Assembly (NCBI GenBank): GCA_964016885.1
Contig: OZ024741.1
Location: 100,688,001 to 100,752,000, forward strand
Length of the DNA stretch: 64,000 bases
Origin: Eledone cirrhosa
Taxonomy: Eukaryota
Direction: 5' to 3'
The notes under the pieces are model-generated. The model made no database searches, was not told the DNA's origin, and was given only the letters and a program-made list of their open reading frames with translations. The number at the start of each line of letters is the position of its first letter. Position 1 is the stretch's first letter. A program made the translations under genes and the position numbers. This document shows positions 27,570 through 40,795 of the stretch, piece by piece.

Positions 27570-27625
27570 TTGTATGTATGCGTATGTACATGTATATATA
27601 TATGTGTGTATATATATATATATGC

Positions 27626-27668
<43 letters not shown>

Positions 27669-27891
27669 TATATATATATATATATATATGCGTATATATA
27701 TAAATGCGTATATATATATATGTGTGTATATATGTATATGTCTGTATATATATATGTATATATATATGTATATGTGTGTGTGTATATATATATGTATGTA
27801 TATATATATGTATATGTGTGGGTATATATATATATATATATATGTATGTATATGTATGTGTGTATATATATATGTATGTGTGTATATATAT

Positions 27892-27966
<75 letters not shown>
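27570..27966. repeat. Compound (TA)/(TG) microsatellite
   Basis: Direct reading. Confidence 0.95.
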
Positions 27967-28138
27967 AGTGATCATAAATTTTCCTCATACCTGCTCATAT
28001 GAAACTCAAGATCTAAAAGATAAAACAGGCCCATATCCCTAACCCCATCTCTGATAGATACTGCTCCAAACCCATCTCCCAAAATAAATAGCATCATTAG
28101 CATGTTTGCATGTTTTTTTGTTATTTTCCTTCTGGCAG

Positions 28139-28219
28139 AGAAACTGGCCCTACTGGATGATGATGACAGCTGCCTCACAGATACTCTTGATGATCCATAT
28201 CTTAGTAGGATTGGCTATG
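28139..28219 (+). CDS. NEO1: Candidate acidic cassette exon of the neogenin/DCC gene (end 28204 or 28219)
   Basis: ttattttccttctggcag|; open in phase 1: (E)KLALLDDDDSCLTDTLDDPYL(SRIGY). Phase-1 donors are A|gtagga (28205) or non-canonical G|gcatgt (28220). Confidence 0.55.
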
Positions 28220-28367
28220 GCATGTATTATTTTGAATTTTGAATTTATGTAGTAGTCTTCCCCAAGTTTACTTAGACAATTTTGCTCATTTATCTGTGTG
28301 AGTGTGTGTGTGTGCAAATACGTGTGTTCTCTTCAGATTAAGTTAGATAACATTTATTTTGTGTTTG

Positions 28368-28424
<57 letters not shown>

Positions 28425-28554
28425 ACATGTATTTTCTTCATAAAGCCATATTTGTGTGTGTTAGGCATGAATATATATATATAGAGAGAGATTTGACTAT
28501 CTTTTGCAACTCTGTATGCTGTCTTATTGTACTTAGTATGTAAGTGTAAAGATT

Positions 28555-28789
28555 TTATATATATATACATATATGTATATATACATGTATACATATATAT
28601 GTATATACATATATGTATACATATATATGTATATATATGTATACATATATATGTATATATGTATATATATGTATACATATATATGTATATATATGTATAC
28701 ATATATATGTATATATATATATGTATACATATATATGTATATATATATATGTATACATATATATGTATATATATGTATACATATATATG

Positions 28790-28820
<31 letters not shown>

Positions 28821-28832
28821 GTATATATATTC
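28555..28832. repeat. Compound (TA)n/GTATAC microsatellite
   Basis: Direct reading. Confidence 0.95.
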
Positions 28833-28934
28833 ATATACACACTCATATGCATGTGTATTTGTTCCTGTTCATATATTGGGAGAGCATGCTTATGTTAGCT
28901 TATAGAATCTTATCTGCATGTGTCTGTCTGTCAA

Positions 28935-28977
<43 letters not shown>

Positions 28978-29642
28978 GTGCGTGTGTCCTGTATATAACT
29001 CTGTGCAGCTGTGTATGTATTAGACTATTGTGATTATATTACATTTGCTTGAGTATGTCCTGCCTTAATTGCCCAGTTTTCCTCATCAACAGTAAATTAG
29101 GCAAGTCAATTTCCCATAATGCTGTTCATTTACTCTGGTCTATTGTATTTTTTTTATTTGATAGTCCTCTAAATTTGTCCCTTCTTTTGGCTCTGCTCCA
29201 ACATGTTTCCCCACTCTTCATTAGGTCCAAATCATTCCATAAATCATGCTTACATCTTTTACTCTTTTTTTTTCTTTCGGGCTTTATTGTTTTTGAGTAG
29301 TTTTTCATTGCTCTGTTTGTTTGTCTTTTTTTTTTTGTTTTTTGTTTTGTTTTTTTGTTTTTTTTTATCTTCATATAATATTCCATTCAGCCATTTCTGT
29401 CCATCAGAATCACAAACTCATCCTTCTTATCACAGCCATAAACCTATGTCATTTTTTTCACATTTCATCACCATTATTTTCTCAACTTCATCACTAATGA
29501 TAGAAATATTTTCAATAGAAAAAAAAACATTAGAGTTTTTTTTAATAATAAGAAAGGTAACAGATATACTAAAATAATTCACTTTCTTGTTAATAGAAAT
29601 CTATTTTTAAAAAGACAGTTATGTCATAAGGCACTATGATGA

Positions 29643-29677
<35 letters not shown>

Positions 29678-30949
29678 ATAATAATATCTGCTAGTATAGT
29701 CATAACTAAAAGCCATAAAAAATATAAAGAGCATTCAGAACAAATGAGAACCAATGTTGAAATGTAAAGAATTCTGTTTGTCATTTATAGAGTGGAGATG
29801 TGGGGCATAATAACATTATTGTATTCTGTACCTATGATTGACATTTTTTACTCCTTTATCAGTGAAGGAATGCCATCAACTTTTATAGGACAAATACCAA
29901 GAACAACTTTGTTATGCCTGGCTTCACTTAGATTTAATTTGAACCATTTCTAATTTCCATTAAATGAAGATTTACTTCAACATATCCAACAGATATCATC
30001 TGTTGTAATTTTAGTTACAAATATTTGTTCATATTTTTTTTTATTATTTCAGTTTTTCAGACATTTCCTACTGGAAATATTTTCAAAATATCGATAACAA
30101 AAATACTTCAGAGTTTTTGGTATTTTTAATTCGAGAAATATTTTACTCCTAAATGTCTGAGAATTGTTTCTACTTGAGAAGTTTGGAAATTACCACCCTA
30201 TTTACCTTATCTGTTTGTGTTTCTATTTTCTGCATTATGTTATGAGCGGCTTGTTTAATCTCTGATCTTCAGGTGCTGTATTCCTGCATAATTTCATAAA
30301 ACTTATGTTTCAGTTGGCTTATTCTTTAATAGAATTCAGATAGTTCTTCAGTTGTGTCAAGGATATGGCAAACCCTCTAGTACTGGTGCCACAATAAAAT
30401 ACACTCAGTAGAACATGGAACCATTTGTACTCCTGGGCCTGTCTGGAAAGTCAATAGCTCCGCTTCAGTACACTTGGTCTGTGAGACCCATCCCACCCTT
30501 GCTAGCAGGGAAAGTGGATGTTAAATGGTGATGATAGCCTATATCAATATTCCTACATTTGTCTAAATAGGATGCCTGAAGACTCGTAGACAGACCAACC
30601 AGAAAGTAATGCATAAGTCATGTAGTTTTATATGTAGTATGTTTCTACAATTGAAGAACAGATTAATCAAAGTGTGCTATAGAAAATAGTATCATGAATT
30701 ATAAGGTAAAATATGTGGAAATGACAAACTACTCCCAAATAATATTTTTGGAAATTGAAGTGGAAACTTTTACACTTCAGATGATTCCATTGGTTAAAGT
30801 TTTACTTGTCATTTTAATGAGTTTTGAAGACACCTTTCAGCTGATGGCGATCCACCCTGACATAACTATACATTTTCTCCTGTTCTGTTTCTTGACTGTT
30901 TGTTAGCTTTGTTAATCTACAGATAACTAAGCTGTGTTCTTGTTTCCAG

Positions 30950-31381
30950 GTTGTTGCACACCTGTTCAGTCACCTGAATCTTTCTTACCTCCATCCCTAC
31001 GCATGGGTGGAGAGCACATTCCTTGTATGGTCTCCCATGAGTATGCTGTACTTCAGCCTGAGCCTCGTTTTACTGACATCAACACCACTTCTACTAGCAC
31101 TGCCACTAGTCCTGCTGCTTATGCCAACACCATTACTACAGTTAATAACAACACAACAACTACCACCTCAACTGCCACTACTACATCTGCTGCTACCCTT
31201 CCTTTGCCCAGCACAGCAGTTTCTGTCACTGACAGCAATGGGTTTGTTGTTCCTGGAGCTGGTCTCACCCAGCGACAGCCGCTGGTATCAAACCTCAACT
31301 CACTGAAAGCTGTCTCAGCTCCAGGAGTCTCTCTGTCAGCAAGTCAAGGTGCAGCAGCAACAGCAGTCCCTAAACATTTAG
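30950..31381 (+). CDS. NEO1: DCC/neogenin cytoplasmic exon, Thr/Ala-rich, with divergent P2-like segment
   Basis: ttcttgtttccag| ... G|gtaggc; 432 nt, phase 1-1, open throughout (ORF 30934-31407). Ends ...NLNSLKAVSAPGVSL...AVPKHL and joins VKPQ of the next exon. Confidence 0.8.
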
Positions 31382-31689
31382 GTAGGCAAGATCATCTCAA
31401 GAAATAACTCCAGCATATATCCATACCCACCATGTTACACTACAGAAAGTCAACATCTGCTCTATACTGATATTATTGATTTTTCACTGAGATGCTTTCT
31501 TATCAAAATATACCAAGATAGATGTGTAGATGACGATTTCATAATTCACTTCACTTTGCTTTCAACTGTCTTACTCAGCACTAACTATAAACTCGTCAGT
31601 CTCCTTGATTCACTTATTTGTTGCCTTATAGTAGACATAAGGCTTAGAAGTAGGTGGGAATACGGTATAAATGCATGTGTGTGTATGTG

Positions 31690-31721
<32 letters not shown>

Positions 31722-31724
<3 letters not shown>

Positions 31725-31878
31725 GTAAAATTCCCCTATAATGAATACCATTATAACATTTTTTTCAACCCCGACTACACACTTGGTGTGTGAGGTCGAT
31801 CTTGTTATAAAGAATTTTTCATTAAAATGAATTTCTTTTTATACCTCGTGAATTTCGTTGTAACGGAATTTCACTCTG
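31722..31878. mobile_element. Tigger-like MITE remnant
   Basis: CAGGTAAAATTCCCCTATAATGAA ... TTCGTTGTAACGGAATTTCACTCTG imperfect TIRs. Confidence 0.5.
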
Positions 31879-33636
31879 TGTGTGTGTATATATTCTATCA
31901 TACTCTGCCCTGTAAGAACATAGTGCTCAACCGGTATACCATCTACGGAAGCATCTTAGCTACCATCAGACACACACATATATATATATGCACACATTGT
32001 GTAAAAAAAAGAAATATTGAACATTTGTTCGTTGCTGAATTTTCCCAAATATTCCATCAAAGAGAAGAAGCAAGATGGTTATTTCTATAAACATCTGTAT
32101 TTTAGTTTGTATGTGTATACATACACACACACACACACACACACATGATAGACTTCCCTATAGTTTCCTTCTAACAAATTTACTCACAAAGTATTAATTG
32201 GTTCAAGACACTTAACCAATGTGTTGAGTGGGACTAAACTTGAAACCACATGGGTTTCAAATGCAAACTTCTTAACCACACAGCCATGCTTGTGTGTGCA
32301 TCACAAACTACATCACATTGACTCATAACATCCTGTAATGATTTAGTAGAAAATATCTAAATACAAGTTTGTTAGTTCAAATGTTTATAGTATTTTACTA
32401 CTAGACAGATCATTGTGAAAATTTGCAATATATTAAACCCTAATTTTTAATGTGATGCAGTTATAGTGCTGTTTTGTACTTTTCAAGAATGTCTTGCTAA
32501 TAATGCAGTTCCATGCAGTACAAGACGTTAAGAGTTATACAAAATATTTACAAAGTGTTGTAAGGAGGAAACTTCTAGTCTTTCTCCAATATTGCCTAAA
32601 ATATTAAACTTCTATTCTTCATAACAAATTAAGCTATTTCACATTGGGGACTTTTTGTATTCATTATTTACAGACCCAGACCATCACTAGTTGCCTGGAT
32701 TCTTCTGTTTGACTTAATGATCAAATTGTAGTATGGAAGGATAGTAAAATCTGAAATATAGTTAGTTCTCTCCAAGTGTTGATGTAGTATGGAAGGACAG
32801 TGAAGTCTGAAATATAATTAGATCTCTCCAAGTGTTGATGTTTATATTACTGATTAGCATTGCCCAATTTAAAACTATAATTGTTCCTCATGTTATCTCT
32901 CAGATAATACAGATGTTAACTTTTCTGCTTAGTTGTGCATGCCTTATATTGTAGCCTGTTATACAGTGGTGTGTTAACCATGTAATCTGTCACATAGTGG
33001 GATGTTACCAAGTAAGCTTGTCACATAGTGGTGTATCATATAGTGCTATATGCTACATTGTAATCTGTCGTGTAGTGGTGTATTGTATAGTGATGGGTCA
33101 TGTAGCAATGTGCCACATAATAATTTATTTCTTAGTCATATATCTCATAAGTCATGTATTAGTGTTATATTGTTTTATATAGTTATGTGTCACACAGTGA
33201 TGTACCTACACTATCATACTGATATATATATACACATACACACATATATTCTTAGAAAATGTAGAAATCTCAAATCTCAAACACAGAAAATTTCTATCAA
33301 CAATAGCTTAGAAAATAAGGTAAAATACCCCTCTAGACAGAAAAGAGTGGCTAGTAGCTACTACAAGGAATCAAACTGCGTACCTCTCAAATCTAGCTAG
33401 TCACTTTTTTTTCCATCTATAGGGGTATTTTACTTGATTTTCTAAGCTATTATTTATAACAATTGACTATGGTTATAATTATTTTCTGCGTTTGTGCTTT
33501 CTGTATTTTCAAAGAATTTCAATCTACTCAACACTCTAATAGTTTATTTTCAGTATATATATATATGTTTAGACCATTACTCACCTGAGTACTTGATACT
33601 TGGGGTAGTAGAATATGGTAATGTGAAATAGTCGAG

Positions 33637-33717
33637 ACCCCGACAGCTGAGCTCTTGCCATTTCAATAGCAAGTTCCAGACTAGCTGTTGAAATGGCAAG
33701 AGCTCAGCTGTCGGGGT
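33637..33717. other. Near-perfect 34-bp-stem hairpin
   Basis: 33637-33670 is the reverse complement of 33684-33717 except for one position (G:U on the + strand). Confidence 0.9.
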
Positions 33718-34535
33718 ACCGAATCTTTCTTATATATATATATTCTCATTAACTTATATCATTTCAACTCCTTTGATGAACATATTTTTTTTTTCTTATC
33801 TTCTGTCTTATCTATTTGATGGTTTCTAGTTGTGATATGGCTGTTAAGATCTAAGAGTTCTCTAAATCCTTCTGACTTCCATTCTCATTTCCCACCTCAT
33901 TCATCTAGTATATTTTCTTTAATGAATTATCTATCGGTATATTCAGAAGAGGTATTTGTTCTTTATTTATTATCATTATGTTGCAGCAGAGAGTCACGGC
34001 CCTTTTAAGTTTTGAATTCAAATCCTGCCAAGGTTAGCTTTGCCTTTCATCCTTTTGGAGTTGATAAAATAAAGTAGCAGTAATGCACTGGGGGTTGATT
34101 TAATCAATTTTCTCATGCCTAAATCAGAAACCATTATTATTAGTCTTATTTTTATTATGTCATCACTGCATTACCAAGCACAGCTCTGTGCCTTGGCCAT
34201 GTGCAATGTTGTTTTTGGTATTTTTATTTTTATTGTACTGAGAGTAGTCTACATAATGTGTGTACAGTGCTTTGTAGTGCTACTTTCCATAGGCTGATTA
34301 TATATTTGTATGTCCTAGGGTTTTGGTTATACATATGTGGGGTTTTTTTTATTATCATTCCCAGAGTACCTATTATTATTGTTTGTATTTTTCATCACCC
34401 ACATTCAGGTTATTTCTATCTCCTGATTTTTATATTTGGATGATTTCTCCATTTCCTTGATAGATATATTGTCTGGGGAGAGATACATCAATTAGAAAAC
34501 TTTTTTCTTTGTTGTCTTAGATTACATTATCCCAA

Positions 34536-35164
34536 TGGATTGGCAGTAACAGTAGAGTGTGGAAAACATTCTTAGTGGCATAGAGTTATAGCCCTTTACG
34601 TTTTGAGTTCAAATCCCGCCGAGGTTAACTTTGCCTTTCATCCTTACGGGATCAATAAAATAAAGCACCAGTAACGTAGTGGGGTTGATTTAATCGACAT
34701 TCCCCTCCCCCAAAATTACTGGCCTTGTGCCTGTACTAGAAATCATTATTCAGGCGGTGGATTGGCAGTATCGGTAGAGGGTCGGACACCATGCTTTGTA
34801 GCAAAGAGTTACGACCCTTTATGGTCTGAGTTCAAATCCTGCCGAGGTTAACTTTGCCTTTCATCCTTAAGGGGTCGATAAAATAAAGTACCAGTAATGT
34901 ACTGGGTAATTGCTGGCCTTGTGCCAAACGTAGAAACAATTATTATTATTAGGGTGGTAGATTGGTGCAGTGCCAATTAAAATGCTATTGCATTATCTGT
35001 ACTGGCTCTTTACATTCTGAGGTCAAATCTCACTGAAGTCAACTTTGCCTTCCATTCTCCCTGGGTCAATGAAATAAAATACTATTGAAGTACTGGGTTC
35101 AATTTAATCAAATTTCCTGCTCCCCAAAAATTGCTGGTTTTGTACCTATATTGGAAATGTTATT
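34536..35164 (+). mobile_element. Three head-to-tail Meta-domain-like tRNA SINEs
   Basis: Units at about 34536, 34753 and 34952, each with GAGTTCAAATCC-type B-box, GCCTTTCATCC..GGGGTCGATAAAATAAAGTACCAG core and (ATT)n tail. Confidence 0.8.
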
Positions 35165-35219
35165 AGTTTTTTTCATTTTTTTTTTTTTGTTCTTCTGGTA
35201 AGAACTAGAACAGGCCCAG

Positions 35220-36163
35220 AGTTGTTTCCTCTGTTGGTAACAAAGTATCTCTCTCTCTCTCTCTCAACTGTAATAAGTGTGCTATTGCAAATTGGTGAGG
35301 CATGAGCACTGATTGTGGTGATTGAATCAAAATAAGTTGGGTATGATCTGTTGAATATGCTAGGTTAACCTGCAGGAAATATGGAGTACTAGAGAGATTG
35401 GAAACCAGTTGGGCATAGCTGATATATGCAGTAGTAGTGGCTTCAATTATATGGACATTTGCTGAAAAGAAAAGTATTGTGTGATGTCTATGGTGCATAC
35501 CAATAACAGCGAAAGGTATGCAAAAAATGTGAGGATGCTAGGTTTCACAGAATAATGCAGGATAGAGCAAAATGGTGCTATAATGGGTGTTTGTGATAGA
35601 TTAAAAGGGTTATTTTGTATTTTAGAAAAATTATATTTGAGCAATGTATGTGTTAGAGTTGTTATTTCATTCTCCTACATACGCTAAAAAAAGTCTGTGC
35701 TGCAATGAACCAAATGGAAAGGATATGGAAGTTGGATCTACCCAGAAAATGAAAATATCATTCTTCAGAAGATCTGTTGAGTCAGTGTTGTATGGATCAG
35801 GTACATGAACTCTGACACAAGCACTTAAGAAGAAACTAGATGGTGCAGACACTAAAATTCTTAGAGTTGTACAAAACGTCAACATATTACAAATGAAAGT
35901 CTATACAGAAACTTGCTTGAGATAACAACTACAGTTTGCAGGACATTCCTGGAGAAGTAAGAAGTTATACACAAGTTACTATTGTGGGAACCATGGAAGA
36001 TACAATAGAGGAAGACCTGCTCGAACCATCATTGACCAACTCTCAGACAATACAAACCTCAGTAAGAAGCAATTGCCAGGAGGAATGGAAAATCATGAAT
36101 TGTGGAGATACTTTGTTAGGAATGTTCAACTTTCAACTGTGGTCACAATGATGATGATGATGA
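35220..36163 (+). mobile_element. Old degraded RTE-like LINE 3' portion
   Basis: Remnants SVESVLYGSGT*TLTQALKKKLDGADTKILRVV and LQFAGHSWRS; ends in (GAT)n. Confidence 0.65.
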
Positions 36164-37232
36164 CATACACTCGAAATCTGAAGAAAAGAAATATGACAAT
36201 TATAATCTATTTCTTATATAACATCTATTTTCGCTAGCTAAATGAATCCAAATACTGCACAAGCTATGGTGATGTGATATTGCCTATTTTTGTTGACAAA
36301 TCAAAGTAGATAACAGAATGTAGGAGCTACTAAAGGAGAAAACCTCCCACAACCATTCTTGGGTCATTGCTGAAGAGTTTTTCATGTGTTTCAGAGGGCA
36401 AGTTCCACCTGACAGAATATCTCATTCTCTAAGCTATTCTCTAGAAATTGTATGCTCGTGAGAAAAAGTGATGTGAAATATCTGAAAAATTTATTGATCC
36501 TATGCCCTAAAATAGAGACTTAGTTAAGTTTAGACCACATGCCTATCTACATCATTAAGTACATATTGCTGATAAAAAACATATATTGTCATAAGATTGA
36601 CAATATTCAATTCTTTCAAAATCTTTATCTCTAGAAAATCACATGCTTTTATTTTGATCTTATGGCTGTATTAGTATTGTTTAAAAGTAGATATTGAAAT
36701 CTTCCATATTATTCTTACTGATCAATACAAAAAACTGAATTGGAATTGGTCTAAGTTTCATACTTAAGCACATTTTTTAAAAAAATATTCATAACAAATG
36801 AAATATTCATTTCAGAACCCCCAAATCACTGTGAAAGAGACTTTTTTTTTTAATTCTGCTATCTGCAGAAAGTTGAAATATCATTAGTAAGCAGTGCTGT
36901 CACTGTTCATCCTTATTTTCTTACTGTGATCATGTTGATCAACATAGTTTGTTATTACTAGTGTCAACACTATAATACTAACACTGGGACTTAACAGTGC
37001 AGATTAACAAGTACCAGTGAAGGTGCATGATATTCCCTGTTGCTCCAGTTCACTCAGATGAGGAATGAGTTGTGTTGGCCTTTCCCTTGGACAACATTGG
37101 TGGTGTGGAGAGGGGAGACATGCATGAATGACTGCAGGCTTGTGCCTCAGGGAGGAACTTTCTAGATACAAAATTCATGGTCATTTGTGACTGAAAGGGG
37201 TCTTTACATTTACAAGCACCAGGTAAGTGCTA

Positions 37233-38110
37233 GTTGGTGAATTGGCAGAGTTATTAGGGCATCACATTAAATGCCTCAGTATTCATTCCAGCTCACTGTG
37301 CCTTTCATCCTTAGAGGGTTGATAAAGTGACATTGAATTGATGACAGTAAATTAGTAGAGAGGCTGACCTATATTAGAAACAGTTATTATTAAGGGCTGG
37401 AGATTAACAGAATTGTTAGCATGCTGAACAACATGATTTGCAGTATTTGTTCCAGCCCTTTACATTCTGATTTCAAATCCCACTGAGCTCAACTTTGCCT
37501 TTTATCCTTCCACAGTCAATAAAAATAACTACCAATCTAGTATCAACTGTACCTCCCCCTAAAATATGTGGCATTGAGTTTATATTAGAAACAATTATAG
37601 GTGAAAGAGGTCTGAAGACACACATTCCTCTTCAGCCAAGCTCTCATCAATGTTTTTAAGTTCAACTTGGAAAGGAAGATGAGAGTAGAGAGGGAGGTGC
37701 TCTCCTCAAGTGGGTGAAAGTAATCTACAGTATCTGTTCCAGCTCTTATTCTGACTTCAAATCCTGCTGAAGTCAACTTTGCTTTTCATCCTCCCAAGAG
37801 ATCAATAAATTAGAGTACCAGTAATACACTGGGGGTTGATTTAATCAACTTTCTCCTTCCCCCAAATTGTTGGCCTTGTGCCTAAAATCAGAAACCATTA
37901 TTATTATTAAGGGCGGTGAATTGGCAGTATCGGTAGAGGGTTGGACGCCATGCTTTCCAGCATAGTTACGTCCCTTTACAATCTGAGTTCAAATCCCGCC
38001 GAGGTTGACTTTGCCTTTCATCCTTACGGAGTCGATAAAATAAAGTACCAGTAATGCACTGGGTAATTGCTGGCCTTGTGCCTAAAGTAGAAACAATTAT
38101 TATTATTATT
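37233..38110 (+). mobile_element. Cluster of about four same-orientation Meta-domain-like SINEs
   Basis: Units at about 37233, 37394, 37735 and 37911. The 37911 copy is nearly identical to 10670-10845. Other copies at 4467, 21400, 33985, 42931 and 52060. Confidence 0.75.
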
Positions 38111-38115
38111 CACAT

Positions 38116-39277
38116 ATGGGAAATGGTCGTGCTCGGTGTGTAGGAAAGGCGTAGGTAGAAACTCCATTCTATGTCCTAAATGCAAAGTATGGGTACATAA
38201 AAGATGTAGTGGGATCACAGGTAAGCTAACTAAGAACATAGATTTTACATGTGGCCGGTGTTCTGGTGCAATAAGTAGCAGCAAGTGCCCACAAAATACT
38301 AGCTCTTTCAATTGCGCAGAGGGTTCTATAGAAATAGTGGACAGCTTCCGTTACCTGGGCGATAAAATCAGCAGTGGGGGAGGGTGCTCTGAAAGTACTG
38401 TAGCTAGAGTCAGAACTGGTTGGAAAAAGTTCAGAAAGCTTATACCACTATTAGCTGCTAAAGGGTTCTCCCTAAAAATGAAAGGCAGGTTGTACGATGC
38501 CTGCATACGAACAGCAATGTTGCATGGCAGTGAGACCTGGGCATTGTGTGCAGAGGATATACGCAGACTAGAGAGGAACGAAGCTTGCATGCTCCGCTGG
38601 ATGTGTAACAGTAATATACGTGAACGGCAAAGCATAAACGAACTAAGGAAAAAATTAGAGATAAGAGGGATCAGATGTTGTTTACTCGAGAGAAGGCTAC
38701 GTTGGTATGGACACGTGATGCGCATGAAAGTCGATAGCTGTATAACAAAGTGCAGGGCAATAAAGATAGACGGTAGCCACGGAATAGGCAGACCTAGAAA
38801 AACCTGGGACGAGCTGATAAACTCCGATCTCACACACTTACACCTCTCCAAGACAATGTCACTGGACCGAGACCTTTGGCGGTACTCAGTAACAGAGAAG
38901 ACCCGCCTTGCCAGTAGGCATCTCTAACAAAATACACCCCATCCCGCCACCACCCCCACCCCATCCACACCACCCCGTTCTATGTAAAGTTATGTTGGTG
39001 CCGCGCCATCCAGGCCAAAACAAATTAGATCGTGTAGGTGTCACGACAAAAAAACACACAGTCCACGCTGTAATGTGGCCGTGTAGGCAACACGGTAAAA
39101 ACCTCCCAGACCCACACTGTAAATGTGGTTGGTGTTAGGAAGGGCATCCAACTGTAGAAAACCTGCCAGACAGTCCTATGCGAGCAAGACAATCACTCCT
39201 GCCTCAAGTGGGACTACCCCCGTCCAAACCCATGCAAGCGTGGAACACGGACGTTAAACGTTGATGATGATGATGAT
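38116..39277 (+). mobile_element. 5'-truncated RTE LINE (subfamily A)
   Basis: ORF 38136-38927 is open for 263 aa; 3' UTR and (GAT)n tail; reverse complement of the 2057-3310 copy. Confidence 0.95.
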
Positions 39278-40504
39278 ACACTAATTCTCTAAGAAGAAAC
39301 ATTCTTTGGTTGGTTTTAGTTGGTTTACAGCTGAGGCCATGCTGGAACACTACATTCAGTTTTGAATCTCTCTTCTCATATAAACTTGTGTTGTCTTCTT
39401 ATCTGATTAAGAAATATATTTTACTAAAAAAAAAAATACCCCCCCCCCCACCTTTTTTTTCTTCTTTTTTTCCTATAAGGAGTTAAGGTTTTGGTCAAAA
39501 TATTTATTTAATATCTAAATCAGCTATTTATGAGTGTCTTTCTGCATATAACCAACTCCACCTCAAAATATTCTATTTAGAATGCTAGTGAAACATTCTG
39601 CAACTCTTCAGGAGTTTTGAGGTTTGTTTGCTCTCGTGTATCATAGCATTTGAAATTTATGGCTAAGTACTCTCCTCTAGCTTCTATTGAGCCTGCTGCC
39701 ATGGACCAGGTATTGTAACCTGCTTCATTTACTAGCATGTTCTTTATTACAATCCTTTGTTCTTTCTTCCATCTCATCTTATTTTTGCCCTCTCTTTATC
39801 ACTTCTCTCACTCTTTCGTCTCTTCTTCAATATTATTTCATCTTCATATTTTTATTTTTACATTCTAAATATCCTCCACTTCTCAATGATAATAGTTCTG
39901 TAAGCAGTACTCTCACAGGGAAACGCTCTACATGTGTTGCCTGTTTTGCATTAATCTCCACACTGCATACTTTACATAAATTTCCAGAACTACCTCATTC
40001 CACTCCACCTGGCTCACTACCATGCACACATATATGCCAAGTGCAAAAAAGATATCTAATAACTTCAAAACAACAATGACTCTAGCTCTAACAATATCCC
40101 TTCCATTACCCTCACCTCAGAGCTACCCTCTTTACTTAACCAATCTATATATCAACCTTTACTAGTAGAGAAAACAGGTGTTAATTGATGATATAAGGAT
40201 ATTTGAAACCTTGCCAAGCAGGAGGTTAGGAGGATCCTTCAGTTTGTGTCAAAAGATATGACAATTTCTCCTCTGCACTGTACATTAAACAGGATACAGA
40301 CCCCTCAACCTGTCTGAGAGGTCAGTAGCCCCGCTTTAGCTCAGTGGTTTCAGCTAGTTACCTCTACTTTCACTAATATTCCCACTTTGCATCTTACCAT
40401 CTATCAAGTACTTTTTTGATTTGTGGTCTTCCCAATCCCAGTACTGCAGACTATCTATCTACACACATATATATATATAATCAATCTTTGGAAACATGCT
40501 ATGA

Positions 40505-40795
40505 TGTGTCCCAATCCTAAGAAGGGCAACCTCTGACTTTGCCAATTATCATCATATTGCATTAGGTTCCAACATCTCAAAGGTGAAGAAGACAGTCATA
40601 AACCTTCTCTAACACTTTGAATCTATTTCTCCTTCCTTAATGACCACCAGTATGGCTTTTATAAAAAAACAATCTACTCACCCCTGTCCACAAGAAATTT
40701 GATGTAAGCAGTGTTGTTGCCATGGACATCAGCAAAGTTTTCAAACGTGTTTAATGCTTGAATCTCCTGTCAAAACTGCCCACTTATGGGCTTCT
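40505..40795 (+). mobile_element. Degraded CR1/Jockey-group LINE RT fragment
   Basis: Frameshifted PxPKKG..ANYHHIAL..ISKV..LNDHQYGF..VAMDISKVFKRV..LLSKLPTYG. Confidence 0.65.

Noticed and set aside
32728-32840. 56-bp direct duplication (smaller ones at 3625-3667 and 24963-25018)
   Set aside because: Ordinary local slippage duplications with no further signal.
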